IMG/VR virus record: IMGVR_UViG_3300036816_000056
Span: 1-56,300 of that record
DNA from: a virus
Taxonomy: Duplodnaviria; Caudoviricetes
Length of the DNA stretch: 56,300 nt
Direction: 5' to 3' (one strand)
The notes below the pieces were generated by a model. That model worked only from the letters and a program-made list of their open reading frames with translations, made no database searches and was not told the origin of the DNA. Shown piece after piece: positions 26,654 to 37,061 of this stretch. How positions within the stretch are numbered: the stretch's first letter is position 1; each line of letters starts with the position of its first letter. The position numbers and the translations under genes were made by a program.

Positions 26654-27424
26654 TTAGATTCCGAAAATGATACTCATTGCATGTCCTTCGGGATTTTTAG
26701 GAGTGATATCCGGGTCCATTACTTGCAAATCCATAGTTGTCGTGCTTGGTTTTTTTCGCTCTTGAGACGCATCAAGTGTTCCACCGCCAAGTGCTTTGTA
26801 GATCGTAACTTGGCATTGAATAGTATTTCCAGAATGGTCATCAATCAACTCAAATCTATGAGTGAGCTTAAAAGGTGTAGGACGTCTTGTTCCGTTAAAG
26901 TTTGTCTCTGTTCCTTCATCTTCCCAATTGTACATTACGCGAATTCTCTTATTTCTATTAGCTGAACTAGATTCAATTTTTCCTTCTGGAGTGATTGTAT
27001 ACTGTTCATCTGTCGGCGTAGATGCAACTCTATCTAATTTTTTGAGTTCGTCAGTTGACTCATCAACAAGATAAACTTCGTCACTTTCCACGACTAATTT
27101 CTCCCCAAATTTCAGTGTATAACCATCTGTTTTTAGAAAGCCGACTTCTGTTTCATCGTATTCGACTGACTTCCTTACCGTTTTTCCTCCCTGAGACATT
27201 TCAGCGATTGCAGGAGAAAATCTTGGAACTTCGATGCTGACTTTATCTTGCAAATCGCCCGCTGTAAAGTGAAATGCATACCCACTGTCGCCGCCCATAA
27301 CACCTTGCCAATCAAACTGCAATTGCAAATTTACTTTTGTCACTTTATCCTCAATCCACTTAATTGAACCATCCAAACTACGAGCTACGATTGTACCTAC
27401 ACCATCAAAAACGAGTGGTCTCAT
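26654..27424 (-). CDS. Major tail tube protein
   Basis: Position before the chaperones; GVG...IYKA pattern; strong RBS and downstream terminator. Confidence 0.75.
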   Translation of the reverse strand: MRPLVFDGVGTIVARSLDGSIKWIEDKVTKVNLQLQFDWQGVMGGDSGYAFHFTAGDLQDKVSIEVPRFSPAIAEMSQGGKTVRKSVEYDETEVGFLKTDGYTLKFGEKLVVESDEVYLVDESTDELKKLDRVASTPTDEQYTITPEGKIESSSANRNKRIRVMYNWEDEGTETNFNGTRRPTPFKLTHRFELIDDHSGNTIQCQVTIYKALGGGTLDASQERKKPSTTTMDLQVMDPDITPKNPEGHAMSIIFGI

Positions 27425-27454
27425 ATTAATATTTCCTCCTTATTTTTGTGACGC

Positions 27455-27661
27455 TTAAACAAGCTCCCAGAGCCTTGCGTCAATTTCTTCGATACGTTTG
27501 TAATCTTTGGTATCTTTGTATCCTTCTACAGGTTGCTGACCGTCCATCAATCCTAGTTTTTTGGCAAGACGAACCTTTTCTTGAATCAGCTTCTTCAGCT
27601 CAGGAAAATCTTCCTTAGGCTCCTGTTGCCCCTCCGCTGACTCATTCTGTTTATCAGACAT
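27455..27661 (-). CDS. Hypothetical protein
   Basis: 68 aa, GAGGTG RBS. Confidence 0.65.
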   Translation of the reverse strand: MSDKQNESAEGQQEPKEDFPELKKLIQEKVRLAKKLGLMDGQQPVEGYKDTKDYKRIEEIDARLWELV

Positions 27662-27670
27662 ATTTTCACC

Positions 27671-28105
27671 TCAATTCATTCGGAGATAGTCCACGTCGAA
27701 AATAGCCTTGTATCCTTTTACGCCTTGGATTCCAGTTGCGAAATCAGCGTCATACGTAAGTACACAAAGGTATGTCGCCCAACCCGGCATCGTGATCCGT
27801 TTATCGTGTAAAATACGGAACGCTCTTTCAAACAGCAGCTTCGCCGCATAACCAGTACCAGCATAAAAATCTAAACAAAACTTTCCTTCGAAGACTAATT
27901 GATTCGGAGAAAAGCGCCCTGGCATCACATATTGGCAGATATGAGGAACAGTTTCATGACTTACAGTGATTTCTGGCTCCATTCCCTTGGTCAATCTCTT
28001 CACTACCTCTTTGGATGGTGAAGATGCATCAAGTTCTAGCAGTTCCATTAGCTCCAAATCACTTTTAAGCGCATGTTGAACTGCATCCAACAATTGCAAA
28101 CTCAA
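27671..28105 (-). CDS. Putative tail terminator
   Basis: Synteny and size. Confidence 0.55.
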   Translation of the reverse strand: MSLQLLDAVQHALKSDLELMELLELDASSPSKEVVKRLTKGMEPEITVSHETVPHICQYVMPGRFSPNQLVFEGKFCLDFYAGTGYAAKLLFERAFRILHDKRITMPGWATYLCVLTYDADFATGIQGVKGYKAIFDVDYLRMN

Positions 28106-28680
28106 CCCTTCACCTCCCTGAAGTAGCGATGATATGGGAAATCAGTAATAACGCGACTGATTCCTTTAATTATCCGCTCACGATTGGATTCAAGGGCAAT
28201 ACGCATGAAATAAGTAGGAGGAGTGGCTTTAAACGAAGGATCAAGATCTCCCCGTTCTGCCAACTCCTCCAAATCAACACCTGCATATCCGCCTTTGGAC
28301 TCCTTAATCGTTCCGTCAATAGCTTGGTACTTCCCTCTACCCCGCCCTACAACAACTCGGCTCCCCTTTGACCTCAGCCGGTTCCATGCTTCACTGTTCA
28401 TATAACTTACCAGACCCGGGTTTTGACTCGGTCCAGCCATAAGTGAGCCTTTACCGAACTGTTCCAGCCAGGCTTGCCAGTAATCAGCAGTGATATCTCC
28501 TGATATCATCTGGTTCGCCAGAACAGTCATTTGCATTTCCAAGCTTTCCCGGACAGCAGGGTAGTATCTAATGCCAGTCTTGGCAGTAAGCATAACGATT
28601 TTCGTCAGACCTGTGATTTCAACCGCCAGTTTGTTCTCCAAATCCCTTGCAGCTCGTTCAGCATCATACCCTGTAATCAT
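28102..28680 (-). CDS. HK97-gp10-like neck protein
   Basis: WLEQFGKG...PPTYFMR.A motif; synteny. Confidence 0.6.
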   Translation of the reverse strand: MITGYDAERAARDLENKLAVEITGLTKIVMLTAKTGIRYYPAVRESLEMQMTVLANQMISGDITADYWQAWLEQFGKGSLMAGPSQNPGLVSYMNSEAWNRLRSKGSRVVVGRGRGKYQAIDGTIKESKGGYAGVDLEELAERGDLDPSFKATPPTYFMRIALESNRERIIKGISRVITDFPYHRYFREVKG

Positions 28681-29252
28681 CGCCGGTCCTCGCATAGCTG
28701 AATGTACAGAAGATTCGGATACTTGATCCGATCAACCGCATCCACTTGATATTTCTTGCCAGCAATCACTATACGGTCTGGACTCATCAGCTCCGGGTCA
28801 CTTGGTTCCCTTACATCCACATTCGTCTGTAAAAGGAGAACCAGAGATGTTGTTGATAAAAGACCTGGGTCTTCTTGCTTGAGCTGCACAGAGACATGTT
28901 GAGCGAAACCGATGATATCCGCGGCAACGGGTGTAAACTCAGGTTTGCCCTTTGGATTGTCATTCTCATCAAACTCCTGCATGTACCGTTGAACTTCCAC
29001 GGTAACGTTTGCTTTGATTAAGGAACAGTATTTGTCCGTATCAACCGTATTTCGGATGGTCTGGACTAAGAAAGAATCACTCGTTCGCACCAAAGAGCCC
29101 CTTTCAACCATTGAGTCTGGTGAAAACAGCCCGTTGTACACGTATTCTTTGCCCATTACAGTCGTTGCTTTTGTTTCACGAGACAGAATGACCGATTCCT
29201 CGTTTTCGTCCACTGTACAGGCAGTATGACGGTGAGAGAACTCATAGAACAT
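28677..29252 (-). CDS. Putative head closure protein
   Basis: DRIVIAGKKYQV; synteny. Confidence 0.55.
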   Translation of the reverse strand: MFYEFSHRHTACTVDENEESVILSRETKATTVMGKEYVYNGLFSPDSMVERGSLVRTSDSFLVQTIRNTVDTDKYCSLIKANVTVEVQRYMQEFDENDNPKGKPEFTPVAADIIGFAQHVSVQLKQEDPGLLSTTSLVLLLQTNVDVREPSDPELMSPDRIVIAGKKYQVDAVDRIKYPNLLYIQLCEDRR

Positions 29253-29262
29253 TTATCTTCAC

Positions 29263-29829
29263 CTACCTAAACGACCGAAGCTCGAACTCTGACAACAGGT
29301 CGGCAATCTCCGGTGTGATCATGTTATTTCCAAAGTACTCAATGCTGTAATCGAAATCCTTCTTTGACTTAACATTAGAATTAGGATTGGTAGCCATCTG
29401 TCCAATAAGCAACCCGCAAGCCACCTTCACTTTATCCGGTATGATTTCCCAACCGCTCGTGTAGCTCACTTCCAACTCTTCGTAGGCTGATCCGAAAGGT
29501 GAATGTCCGCACCAGACAGTTCCGATCTCCTTGTCCACGTCTATGATACTCAGATCATCAATGTTTTCGAAGTTAGGAGGACCGAAGAAATTCCCGAGAA
29601 CACTCTGTGTAGGTCTTCCTTTTGCGCTAAGCACATCAACAACAGGGTAGTAAGACAAGTGTCCTCGCTGCGCATCAGTGAGCCGTATGCGCTCGGTGTA
29701 TGCCTTTACCCCAATCTCACGCTTACACTTGCCATCAATAATGGCAGATGCACGAATGATCAAAGGTTCTGTTAGTTTGACACTGGCAGGAACATAATCG
29801 GTATCGGTAACTTCGATGTAACGGCTCAT
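29263..29829 (-). CDS. Head-tail adaptor
   Basis: RASAIID...YTSGW..IPDKVKVAC...IADLL. Confidence 0.7.
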   Translation of the reverse strand: MSRYIEVTDTDYVPASVKLTEPLIIRASAIIDGKCKREIGVKAYTERIRLTDAQRGHLSYYPVVDVLSAKGRPTQSVLGNFFGPPNFENIDDLSIIDVDKEIGTVWCGHSPFGSAYEELEVSYTSGWEIIPDKVKVACGLLIGQMATNPNSNVKSKKDFDYSIEYFGNNMITPEIADLLSEFELRSFR

Positions 29830-30248
29830 TTCGCATAACCAGCCTTGATGAGCGTATTTCCTAGTGCGTTTGGAACGAATGCCTTTCCTTCCTGGAATGT
29901 CACAATTCCTCCGTTGAGATGGATGGAATGCGAACCTTTACACTGGCTTGGCGTGCCGATCAAAGTCAATTCAACAACATCCGGAAATTCTTCTTTTGGA
30001 GTTTCATTAACCTTGCTGGATATTAAAGCTTTTCGTGCTTCATTCAGCGCGTTATTCCCAACTTCAAATTGACTCGGTTCAGCACCATCAGTTGCTGCCA
30101 ATGATTCAGCTTCTTTGATGGCACTCTGAAAAGCTTCAACAGCAGCGATTGGATACTGTCCCGGATCATCTCCGGCTTTCGTTTGGGATAACAGTTCAAT
30201 AGCAGCAGAAATAGCATCCTTCAATCTGTCCAAATTCGATTTTGCCAC
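29826..30248 (-). CDS. FIVAR-like domain protein, possible capsid accessory
   Basis: L..AI..A...GDDPGQYP..AV.AF..AI..A three-helix pattern; follows the capsid gene. Confidence 0.55.
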   Translation of the reverse strand: MAKSNLDRLKDAISAAIELLSQTKAGDDPGQYPIAAVEAFQSAIKEAESLAATDGAEPSQFEVGNNALNEARKALISSKVNETPKEEFPDVVELTLIGTPSQCKGSHSIHLNGGIVTFQEGKAFVPNALGNTLIKAGYAK

Positions 30249-30300
30249 GAAGTCACTCTCCTTTCTGTAAGACGGCCCTTCTGGGCCGCCTTAAACTTGA

Positions 30301-31302
30301 TTAGCCTACAGCAGCGATTGTAGGACGTTCGATAGTTCCGTACGCGTGAGCGTAACTTGGACCTTTAGCAACCGGTGCTCCATATTTCACACCAACGTAT
30401 TGTTCCAGCAGGTTGCTTGTTGTTCCAAGTTCGAACAGGAACATACCCTTTTCGCCAACATAGTGATACTCAATCATGGATTCGGTAACAATGGCGATAC
30501 CGTAATCCGTATTGCCTGTGTTAGTATCGTTTGCTTTAGAAGGCATAAACGGCTCAGGGATGATTGGTAACAAGCCAGCTGCGGTCATGATAGTTGGAAC
30601 CTCAAGACCCGCCACAACTGTTTTGCCAAATGGATCAGACATTTTTCCGCTTTCTACAGCCAAGCGTACTTCTTCAGTCATGTGATAATGACCGATTGGG
30701 TGAATATAAATGGCTGACGGTAGTACTTCATACTTCTCGCTTCCAACCATTGCCGCAACTTTTGCTCGAATAGCAGCAACAATTGATGCTCCAACACCTA
30801 CTGTGAACGTGTTTGTGATCTGACTTGGAATGCCCATGTATTGTCGAGTGGTAGGGACAGCCAAAGCAGTATCATTCCCACGCCATAGTGCTTTGCCGTG
30901 TGTCAATGCAATACCATTCAGCATGTCATCGAGATCCTTGGCCTTCAGTTCTGGGAAATTATTTTGCTGTTGTCCGAGAGTGACATCGTAATGCCCGAAG
31001 TTGACCTGATTCGTCAGAGCCTTAATCTTAACACCATGAGGCGTACGCTGGTTGCTTGTTGGTGTAGCCGAAGGATTACGAGGGTCAATGAAATCCCCAC
31101 CATTTACAGTGTTTTGTTCATAGTATGTTGAGATATCTCCTGTAGCCGGTACGTAATTGATTCGTCCATCTAGCACCGACTTCCGGCGAAGAATGTCCGT
31201 AATTTCTTTTTGGTAATCATCTGTGATCAGAGCACCTGGTCCTTGGAATTGAGTTGCTGCTGCGATATCAACGAATTGAGCTTGTCCAACGCGACTGTTC
31301 AT
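30301..31302 (-). CDS. Major capsid protein
   Basis: 333 aa after the protease/scaffold gene; hairpin at 30269-30292 follows. Confidence 0.85.
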   Translation of the reverse strand: MNSRVGQAQFVDIAAATQFQGPGALITDDYQKEITDILRRKSVLDGRINYVPATGDISTYYEQNTVNGGDFIDPRNPSATPTSNQRTPHGVKIKALTNQVNFGHYDVTLGQQQNNFPELKAKDLDDMLNGIALTHGKALWRGNDTALAVPTTRQYMGIPSQITNTFTVGVGASIVAAIRAKVAAMVGSEKYEVLPSAIYIHPIGHYHMTEEVRLAVESGKMSDPFGKTVVAGLEVPTIMTAAGLLPIIPEPFMPSKANDTNTGNTDYGIAIVTESMIEYHYVGEKGMFLFELGTTSNLLEQYVGVKYGAPVAKGPSYAHAYGTIERPTIAAVG

Positions 31303-31305
31303 ATA

Positions 31306-32355
31306 TTACACGCTCTCTTTCTCGGCAAATTGTGCTTTTGCCTGCATTTTAAGTTTGAATGATTCAGAAGAAGAAAGGTTCAGAGCATCAACAGAGGCAC
31401 AGAACGTTTTGTAATCAGTCTCAGCATCGCTTCCGGCAAGGTTAGTACCATATTTGGAGAGCAACGAAGTCGCACTGATTGTTTTTCTTTCTGGTTCTCC
31501 TGGAGGAGTGGCAGCAGCTTTCAACTCCTTGAGTTCCTTTTCCAACGCGGCCGTTCTATCTTGAGCTGCTTTCAGATCAGCAGCAGCTTGTTCCTCTGCC
31601 GTCTTTTGCTCATCCTCTTCCTTCGATGCCTTCATACTTGTAACTTCGGTTTTAATAGACCCGACCTCCGTCACAACACTTTGCACACTTGCTGTAATGG
31701 TCGTCATGCTTTCTTGCAATGCTTTCATAGCATCTTCCATCCCTTTAATTTGTTCCGGTGTCATATCGACATCCTCCTTGTTCTGTTTCGAATTACGAGC
31801 AGCAAAGCTCGTTGTTTTATAAGCAGCGGCTTCGGCAAACAGAATAGCTGCTCCAGTACCGCAAAACTCCATAACATCCAATACGTCATCTGCATCAGTA
31901 GCATTTTGCACAGATGCTTCCATTTCAAGTGATGCACCGAATTGATATTCACTCCAGCTATGCTCCGAAGCTAGCCCGTTATAGTAACGTATTGTCGCAA
32001 CAACGTCTGGAAAGTCTTTACCGTAGATATAGCCCTCTATCCAAGCGTACCCATCCATTGCACGGTAAGCCTTTTCGATTACCGCCACTTTAAAACGTGG
32101 GTCATGATCAGACATACCGTTGATGTAGTCAATGTTTAAGGCCATACCCACGAACGTATGTAAACATTGATCGCAAACACTGGATGAAATACGAATCTTT
32201 TTGCCTCCAGCTCCATGAGGCGAGCCATCACTTGGCTGGTCAACTGCAAACAACGCACACTTGAAAGGAACTTTATTGGGATGACTTCCTGCATCAGACA
32301 TACTAAAGTCTTGAACACGCATGGTTTGCCTGCTCATTTTCAATGTTTTGAGCAT
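31306..32355 (-). CDS. Prohead protease-scaffold fusion
   Basis: N-terminal H...GASLEM protease-like domain; C-terminal coiled coil. Confidence 0.7.
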   Translation of the reverse strand: MLKTLKMSRQTMRVQDFSMSDAGSHPNKVPFKCALFAVDQPSDGSPHGAGGKKIRISSSVCDQCLHTFVGMALNIDYINGMSDHDPRFKVAVIEKAYRAMDGYAWIEGYIYGKDFPDVVATIRYYNGLASEHSWSEYQFGASLEMEASVQNATDADDVLDVMEFCGTGAAILFAEAAAYKTTSFAARNSKQNKEDVDMTPEQIKGMEDAMKALQESMTTITASVQSVVTEVGSIKTEVTSMKASKEEDEQKTAEEQAAADLKAAQDRTAALEKELKELKAAATPPGEPERKTISATSLLSKYGTNLAGSDAETDYKTFCASVDALNLSSSESFKLKMQAKAQFAEKESV

Positions 32356-32363
32356 TTAAATTC

Positions 32364-32474
32364 TCACCCCCTCCCACGGAATTGGAGTTCCCGTCTTTCC
32401 CACCGATTTCTTGGAGTAGGAACAGACCGCTGATAAGTCATCCTTACCAGCTTAGAAACGATCTTCGAAAGCAT
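32364..32474 (-). CDS. Possible 36-aa basic peptide
   Basis: MLSKIVSKLVRMTYQRSVPTPRNRWERRELQFRGRG; weak RBS. Confidence 0.3.
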   Translation of the reverse strand: MLSKIVSKLVRMTYQRSVPTPRNRWERRELQFRGRG

Positions 32475-32527
32475 TTTCTCACCATCTCTCTGTGAAACTA
32501 AAAAAACACCAGCTTATTTAAGCGGTG

Positions 32528-33844
32528 TTAAGGTTCATCTTCTTCAGTTGTGTTTGGTGGAGGATCACTCGTTGTTTCTTTGATTTGCTGTTCGGCACCA
32601 ACAGGAACATTAAGGTTAACTACAGACGTCTTGCCTGGAACAAGCAATACTTCACCGTGACCATTAGGCAATGCTTTTTTAGCTTGTTCGTCACGAACCT
32701 CATCCGGCGTTATGACTCGACGATCTAAATAGATTGCATCAATATCCGCCTTGAGTTTTCGATCTTTCAACGAAGTCGCATAGTGGAATTTGAATTCAAG
32801 CACACCGCCCATACCAAAAATCCCATCAATAATATGATTGTTGATATGCTCGACGATATTCTCTGCTATAGATTGGACGGTATCTTCAGTATCTTCGTCC
32901 TCGCTATCGGCTGTGCTCCTATTAACATCCTTGGTCTGCCCAAGCTTTTTGGGCGAGATATCAAAGGAGATAGCCACGATTTCAATCAAGAAACGCTGCC
33001 ATTCAAGGAACAAAGCTTTGTCATCAGTAGCTCCAAGATCATGAACACTTGGATTTTCCCCGCCAATAATCGGGTCAACGCCTCTTCCCATGACCTCGTT
33101 TTCCCAATAGGAACGAAACGCCTTTACTGAATTCTCGCCTGCCCCCTTGCCCAAGTTAATCAACTTGCGTCTCCCTGCACCAGCTGTTTGCCTCCCAGCC
33201 GATCGGTGTGCAGAAATGAAACTTTCTGCCGACTCCCAAACTATTTCAAGCGGAGATAAACCAAATGGTGTATTACTCCTTGGATTCATCCGAATATACA
33301 TCAGTTCAGAGGATTTTAGATGAATATGCTGACCATTAACTCTCTGTGCATACCTGTACGAAGTCGATTTCCCATCCCATTCCGGATACAAATCTACAGA
33401 AAATGTATCAACAGGATACATTCTGAATGGTCTGAGTGGATCTCCCGCACGCAGCACCTCTGACGATCCAGCGCTACACACAAGCATGTCCTCAACCAAC
33501 TGCTCAATCCACGAACGGAATGTATCTCCCGGGTTTGGTTTCAACAGAGAGCGTTCAATAATCTTGCATAATTCGCGATACTGTTCACTCTCATGTTCAT
33601 TTATTGCTGCGACAGACCAATTCAGTTTTGTAATCCCTTTTTTAATAACATTGATCGCCCCCCTCGGGATTGGCGATTCTGACAGCTTCCTCAAGTTTGC
33701 TGGAGTGCGTTTCGGAGTCGGCTGGTTATTACCTTTACGCATCATCACTCCGTAAGGGAAAGGATAACTCTCTGTCATTCGGTCGGGCTCGTTTTTCGTC
33801 CTTCCTGCTTCAAGCCAGTTAACAAACCATGATCTTACCCCCAA
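32528..33844 (-). CDS. Portal protein
   Basis: L.KPNP, PFGLSPLE, F.ISPKKLG, TPDEVR; TTG start after AAGGAGG. Confidence 0.92.
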   Translation of the reverse strand: MGVRSWFVNWLEAGRTKNEPDRMTESYPFPYGVMMRKGNNQPTPKRTPANLRKLSESPIPRGAINVIKKGITKLNWSVAAINEHESEQYRELCKIIERSLLKPNPGDTFRSWIEQLVEDMLVCSAGSSEVLRAGDPLRPFRMYPVDTFSVDLYPEWDGKSTSYRYAQRVNGQHIHLKSSELMYIRMNPRSNTPFGLSPLEIVWESAESFISAHRSAGRQTAGAGRRKLINLGKGAGENSVKAFRSYWENEVMGRGVDPIIGGENPSVHDLGATDDKALFLEWQRFLIEIVAISFDISPKKLGQTKDVNRSTADSEDEDTEDTVQSIAENIVEHINNHIIDGIFGMGGVLEFKFHYATSLKDRKLKADIDAIYLDRRVITPDEVRDEQAKKALPNGHGEVLLVPGKTSVVNLNVPVGAEQQIKETTSDPPPNTTEEDEP

Positions 33845-33866
33845 TCGCCTACCTCCTTTCTGACAA

Positions 33867-33903
33867 AACAAAAAGAAGGCAGGAAATATTTCCTTACCTT
33901 CTT
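33867..33903 (-). terminator. Terminator hairpin containing palindrome copy 2 (33881-33894)
   Basis: aagaaggtaaggaaatatttcctgccttctttt on the minus strand. Confidence 0.7.
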
Positions 33904-33942
33904 TCTTTGGTCACACTTCTATGGATTTATAATAACATTGGA

Positions 33943-34599
33943 TTATTTCCGTTTTACTGCGGATTTTTTTGTTCCTATTGCGCTAATCTCCATTTTGCCA
34001 CTCTTCAGTTCTTTTTTATTGTATTGCAGTCTACATGTTTTCAGGTTTTCATTTGTGTATTTAACAATATGGTTGACGATTTGGAAAATAAGTTTCAACT
34101 CTTCGTCCCTGAATTTACCTACATTAACAATTGAATCATTCTGATAATGCGGGTGGACGTAGCGATAGGCAACAGCCAACTTTAATAAATCCTGTCTTGC
34201 ATGCTCTCCCTTCTCAATTATTATATTAGCAATGTTAATCTTATTAAATTCAGTGATTGCATCCTGTTTTTCCTCTTCAGTAACACGCACCACTGAACCC
34301 TTAAATATCTCACGAGTTTCTCTCTTTATTGATTTATTCACTTCAACATAAGGGATTTCTTCTAGCGGAGCAGAAATGTCGTGGAATTTCTTTACAAATT
34401 CGGATTGAGCTACATTAGCATACAACTGCAAATATAACTTATTTAACTGTGTTGAAGCGTACTCTCTTTTAAATTTTTGTGTGTCCACTCCAAAATCAAA
34501 CTTATTTTTCACCCAGTGACCAATCCAGGTGAAGACAGCTGTCAACAGAGCTGTGTAAATTGCTATTTGGAGTGTTTGTTCAAATGTTAAACCTTTTAT
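33943..34599 (-). CDS. AT-rich moron with an N-terminal TM helix; probable ATA start
   Basis: Frame open up to ATA at 34599, 5 nt after GGGGGAG; inserted between terL and portal. Confidence 0.55.
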   Translation of the reverse strand: MKGLTFEQTLQIAIYTALLTAVFTWIGHWVKNKFDFGVDTQKFKREYASTQLNKLYLQLYANVAQSEFVKKFHDISAPLEEIPYVEVNKSIKRETREIFKGSVVRVTEEEKQDAITEFNKINIANIIIEKGEHARQDLLKLAVAYRYVHPHYQNDSIVNVGKFRDEELKLIFQIVNHIVKYTNENLKTCRLQYNKKELKSGKMEISAIGTKKSAVKRK

Positions 34600-34653
34600 A
34601 TAGACTCCCCCTTCATTAGACTATATCTAATATATCATAACTCTTTGTAATTT

Positions 34654-36075
34654 TTATCCGAATGCAAATCCAGAATCCACTTGAATGTTAGCGAAGGACA
34701 AAACAAAAGCGTCTGCTCTATCGGGAGACTGAAGCCCTCGTTTCTTCATGTCCTCTTTCTTTTCCAAATAAATTCTCCCGTTACTACCCATTCTCCATTT
34801 ACGGCTTGTTAATTGTGTTACCAATTTCTCATCTTCCGGCAGTTCAAGGACACCGGGAACTCCAAGAATATAATTGCTCATGTTCTCTTCTAACAAAGAT
34901 TTAATGTGACCCCACATTTCGGAACCAAGATTTCCATAATGTGCATCGTCTGCCGAAGATCCATTGTTTACCCCGATTATGGTGTAACCAAGATTCCTCT
35001 CATCATTGATTTCGTTGAGACGATCCGTCACAGCTCCACCTATACCACTGTCATCGACTCTGATCTCCACTTCATCCACTTCTGCATGCTCTGACCTAAT
35101 ATCATCAACGATCCTTAATACCCAGCCGGTAGTCGTCATTGTATCTTGCTTGTGGTGGAAATGACTCTTCACTACCTTCCCACCAATTTGTCCGTATATG
35201 GTTGTTTCATCGTCACCAAAACGAGCAACGTCCACACCTACAGTGAGCTTGTGTCCGTTAGATACAATCCGAACTTCATTCTTGGCGAACTCAGCCGCCT
35301 CTAACGCGATGAAAGTATCCGACTCTCCACGAGGGAATTCTCCCTCAACCCGGACACGCCATACATCAGATCCTTTGCCGTACTTCCGTTCAAGCATAGC
35401 TATATTCTCTTTGCTCGTCCGAGGACTGTTCAAGCAGGACACTTTATGTGTGTTATAATCTGCCCGGTCCCTGTTGTGAGAATCATAAAACACACCGCTG
35501 GTCCGAGTCGGGTTTCCACACATGAGCAACTTATTGAATTCGCCTGAGAGTGTACCCAAGATCGCTTCCATGATCCGATCCTCAACCCCGGAAGCTTCGT
35601 CCACTATGAACAACATGTAGTCTTCATGAAAACCCTGCATGTTTTCTGGCTTAGTTGCTGTCCTGGCTGTAGCAAACCATCGTTCCTCGTAATTTCGCAT
35701 GTAAATCTTAGTCTTTGTCCATTTGAGTATCTTTTTGAGCACCGGGCTTTTCTCTTTCCACTTACTAATCTCAGCCCAAAGGACATCGTGAAGCTGCTGA
35801 CGGGTCGGAGCTGTACATATAACTTTCGGAAATGGGAAGCAAGAGAGAAACCATAATGCTGTCGCTGCCTCCAAACCTGTTTTCCCAACTCCCTGCCCTG
35901 ATCGCACTGAAACACGAGGATTACCAGCAATGTCCATCAGAACTTCAGATTGCCATTCGTCCGGGGTGAATTTTAACATTTCAATACAAAAAAGAACCGG
36001 ATTTTTCCGGTACTCAGGGATTCTCTTTTTGAATGCAGCAAAGCGGCGTTTCGTTTGCGGAGACTCTTTACTCAC
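34654..36075 (-). CDS. terL: Terminase large subunit
   Basis: SGQGVGKT Walker A, IVDEA Walker B, GNP, GVDVARFGDD, SPDRADA. Confidence 0.95.
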   Translation of the reverse strand: MSKESPQTKRRFAAFKKRIPEYRKNPVLFCIEMLKFTPDEWQSEVLMDIAGNPRVSVRSGQGVGKTGLEAATALWFLSCFPFPKVICTAPTRQQLHDVLWAEISKWKEKSPVLKKILKWTKTKIYMRNYEERWFATARTATKPENMQGFHEDYMLFIVDEASGVEDRIMEAILGTLSGEFNKLLMCGNPTRTSGVFYDSHNRDRADYNTHKVSCLNSPRTSKENIAMLERKYGKGSDVWRVRVEGEFPRGESDTFIALEAAEFAKNEVRIVSNGHKLTVGVDVARFGDDETTIYGQIGGKVVKSHFHHKQDTMTTTGWVLRIVDDIRSEHAEVDEVEIRVDDSGIGGAVTDRLNEINDERNLGYTIIGVNNGSSADDAHYGNLGSEMWGHIKSLLEENMSNYILGVPGVLELPEDEKLVTQLTSRKWRMGSNGRIYLEKKEDMKKRGLQSPDRADAFVLSFANIQVDSGFAFG

Positions 36076-36796
36076 CAGACTCCACCGCCTTAACCCAATC
36101 TTCAATCAGATCGTCTTCTGTATCTCCATCGCCATTCTTCAATTTCTCAATTTCCAGACGGGTTTTCTCCACTTTGGCCTGCATCTGATCCAGTTTTAAT
36201 CGGCGTTCATCTTCCTGTGGTGCAATATCAAGGAATTGTTTGATGGCTCCCCTAATCTCACGCATGACCGTAGCTTCGGCCTTGATAAAACTAGCATATT
36301 TATCCCAAGCGAATTGGATTTCCCATTCATATTCATCTCCATACTCACCTGGTTTCTCCCTTTTCAACTCTTTGGTCATATCCTCTTTGTCTTTGATGAA
36401 GAAGATACGCTGCGCCCAAATGATTTTACGGAATCCCTGGGTGATGTTATGCCAGATCATGTCTACAGGTTCCATTTGCTGAACAATATCTATGAGTTCT
36501 AAATACTCAGGATCTTGCGGCTCGAACTTACGGAACAATCCATGTGTTACAGCTTTCTGATTGCCTAGCGGGCCTCCTTTTCCACCTCGATTACCTTTAG
36601 CGTTCTGATTGCCACGTGGAGCACCGGGTTTAGCGTTAGCCATCTTCCCTTCCCATTGATCAAGCGATTTCCATTTCCGGACTGATTCTGGCGTGATGCC
36701 CAGCTTTTCAGCAATCTCTTTCGGTTTCATCGTCGCGCCGCTATCTTTCCATATTTTGAACGCCTTCTTACGATTCGGATTCTGCTTCCTGCTCAC
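36068..36796 (-). CDS. terS: Terminase small subunit
   Basis: N-terminal HTH, GAPRGNQNA, NQKAVTHG. Confidence 0.9.
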   Translation of the reverse strand: MSRKQNPNRKKAFKIWKDSGATMKPKEIAEKLGITPESVRKWKSLDQWEGKMANAKPGAPRGNQNAKGNRGGKGGPLGNQKAVTHGLFRKFEPQDPEYLELIDIVQQMEPVDMIWHNITQGFRKIIWAQRIFFIKDKEDMTKELKREKPGEYGDEYEWEIQFAWDKYASFIKAEATVMREIRGAIKQFLDIAPQEDERRLKLDQMQAKVEKTRLEIEKLKNGDGDTEDDLIEDWVKAVESGE

Positions 36797-36935
36797 AAAA
36801 TTATCACCACTTTCATGTAATTGAGTTGGAATTCCTATTTAAGGTCAGTAATAGTCAAACGTTACGAATCAAAATAAGCCTCCGTCTGAATCGCAGGCTG
36901 TTTTTCTGTACTCATATCCACTAAATAATGTAAGT

Positions 36936-37061
36936 TGACTGAAACATAAAGGTAATAGTGTTTCACTCATTTCAGGCATAAAAAAGTGCGTTCTTTCATC
37001 TAATGTCCTGATATTTCTTTTGTGAGTGAACTAATTGTTGCATTTTGTTTCACTCATTTCA
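36936..37061. repeat. Two 11-12-11 inverted-repeat sites next to the small recombinase
   Basis: TGACTGAAACA-N12-TGTTTCACTCA (36936-36969) and TGAGTGAACTA-N12-TGTTTCACTCA (37023-37056); 16-bp direct repeat TGTTTCACTCATTTCA. Confidence 0.75.

Noticed and set aside
19203-36502. Many plus-strand ORFs overlapping structural genes
   Set aside because: Antisense shadows of long genes, with no RBS or motifs
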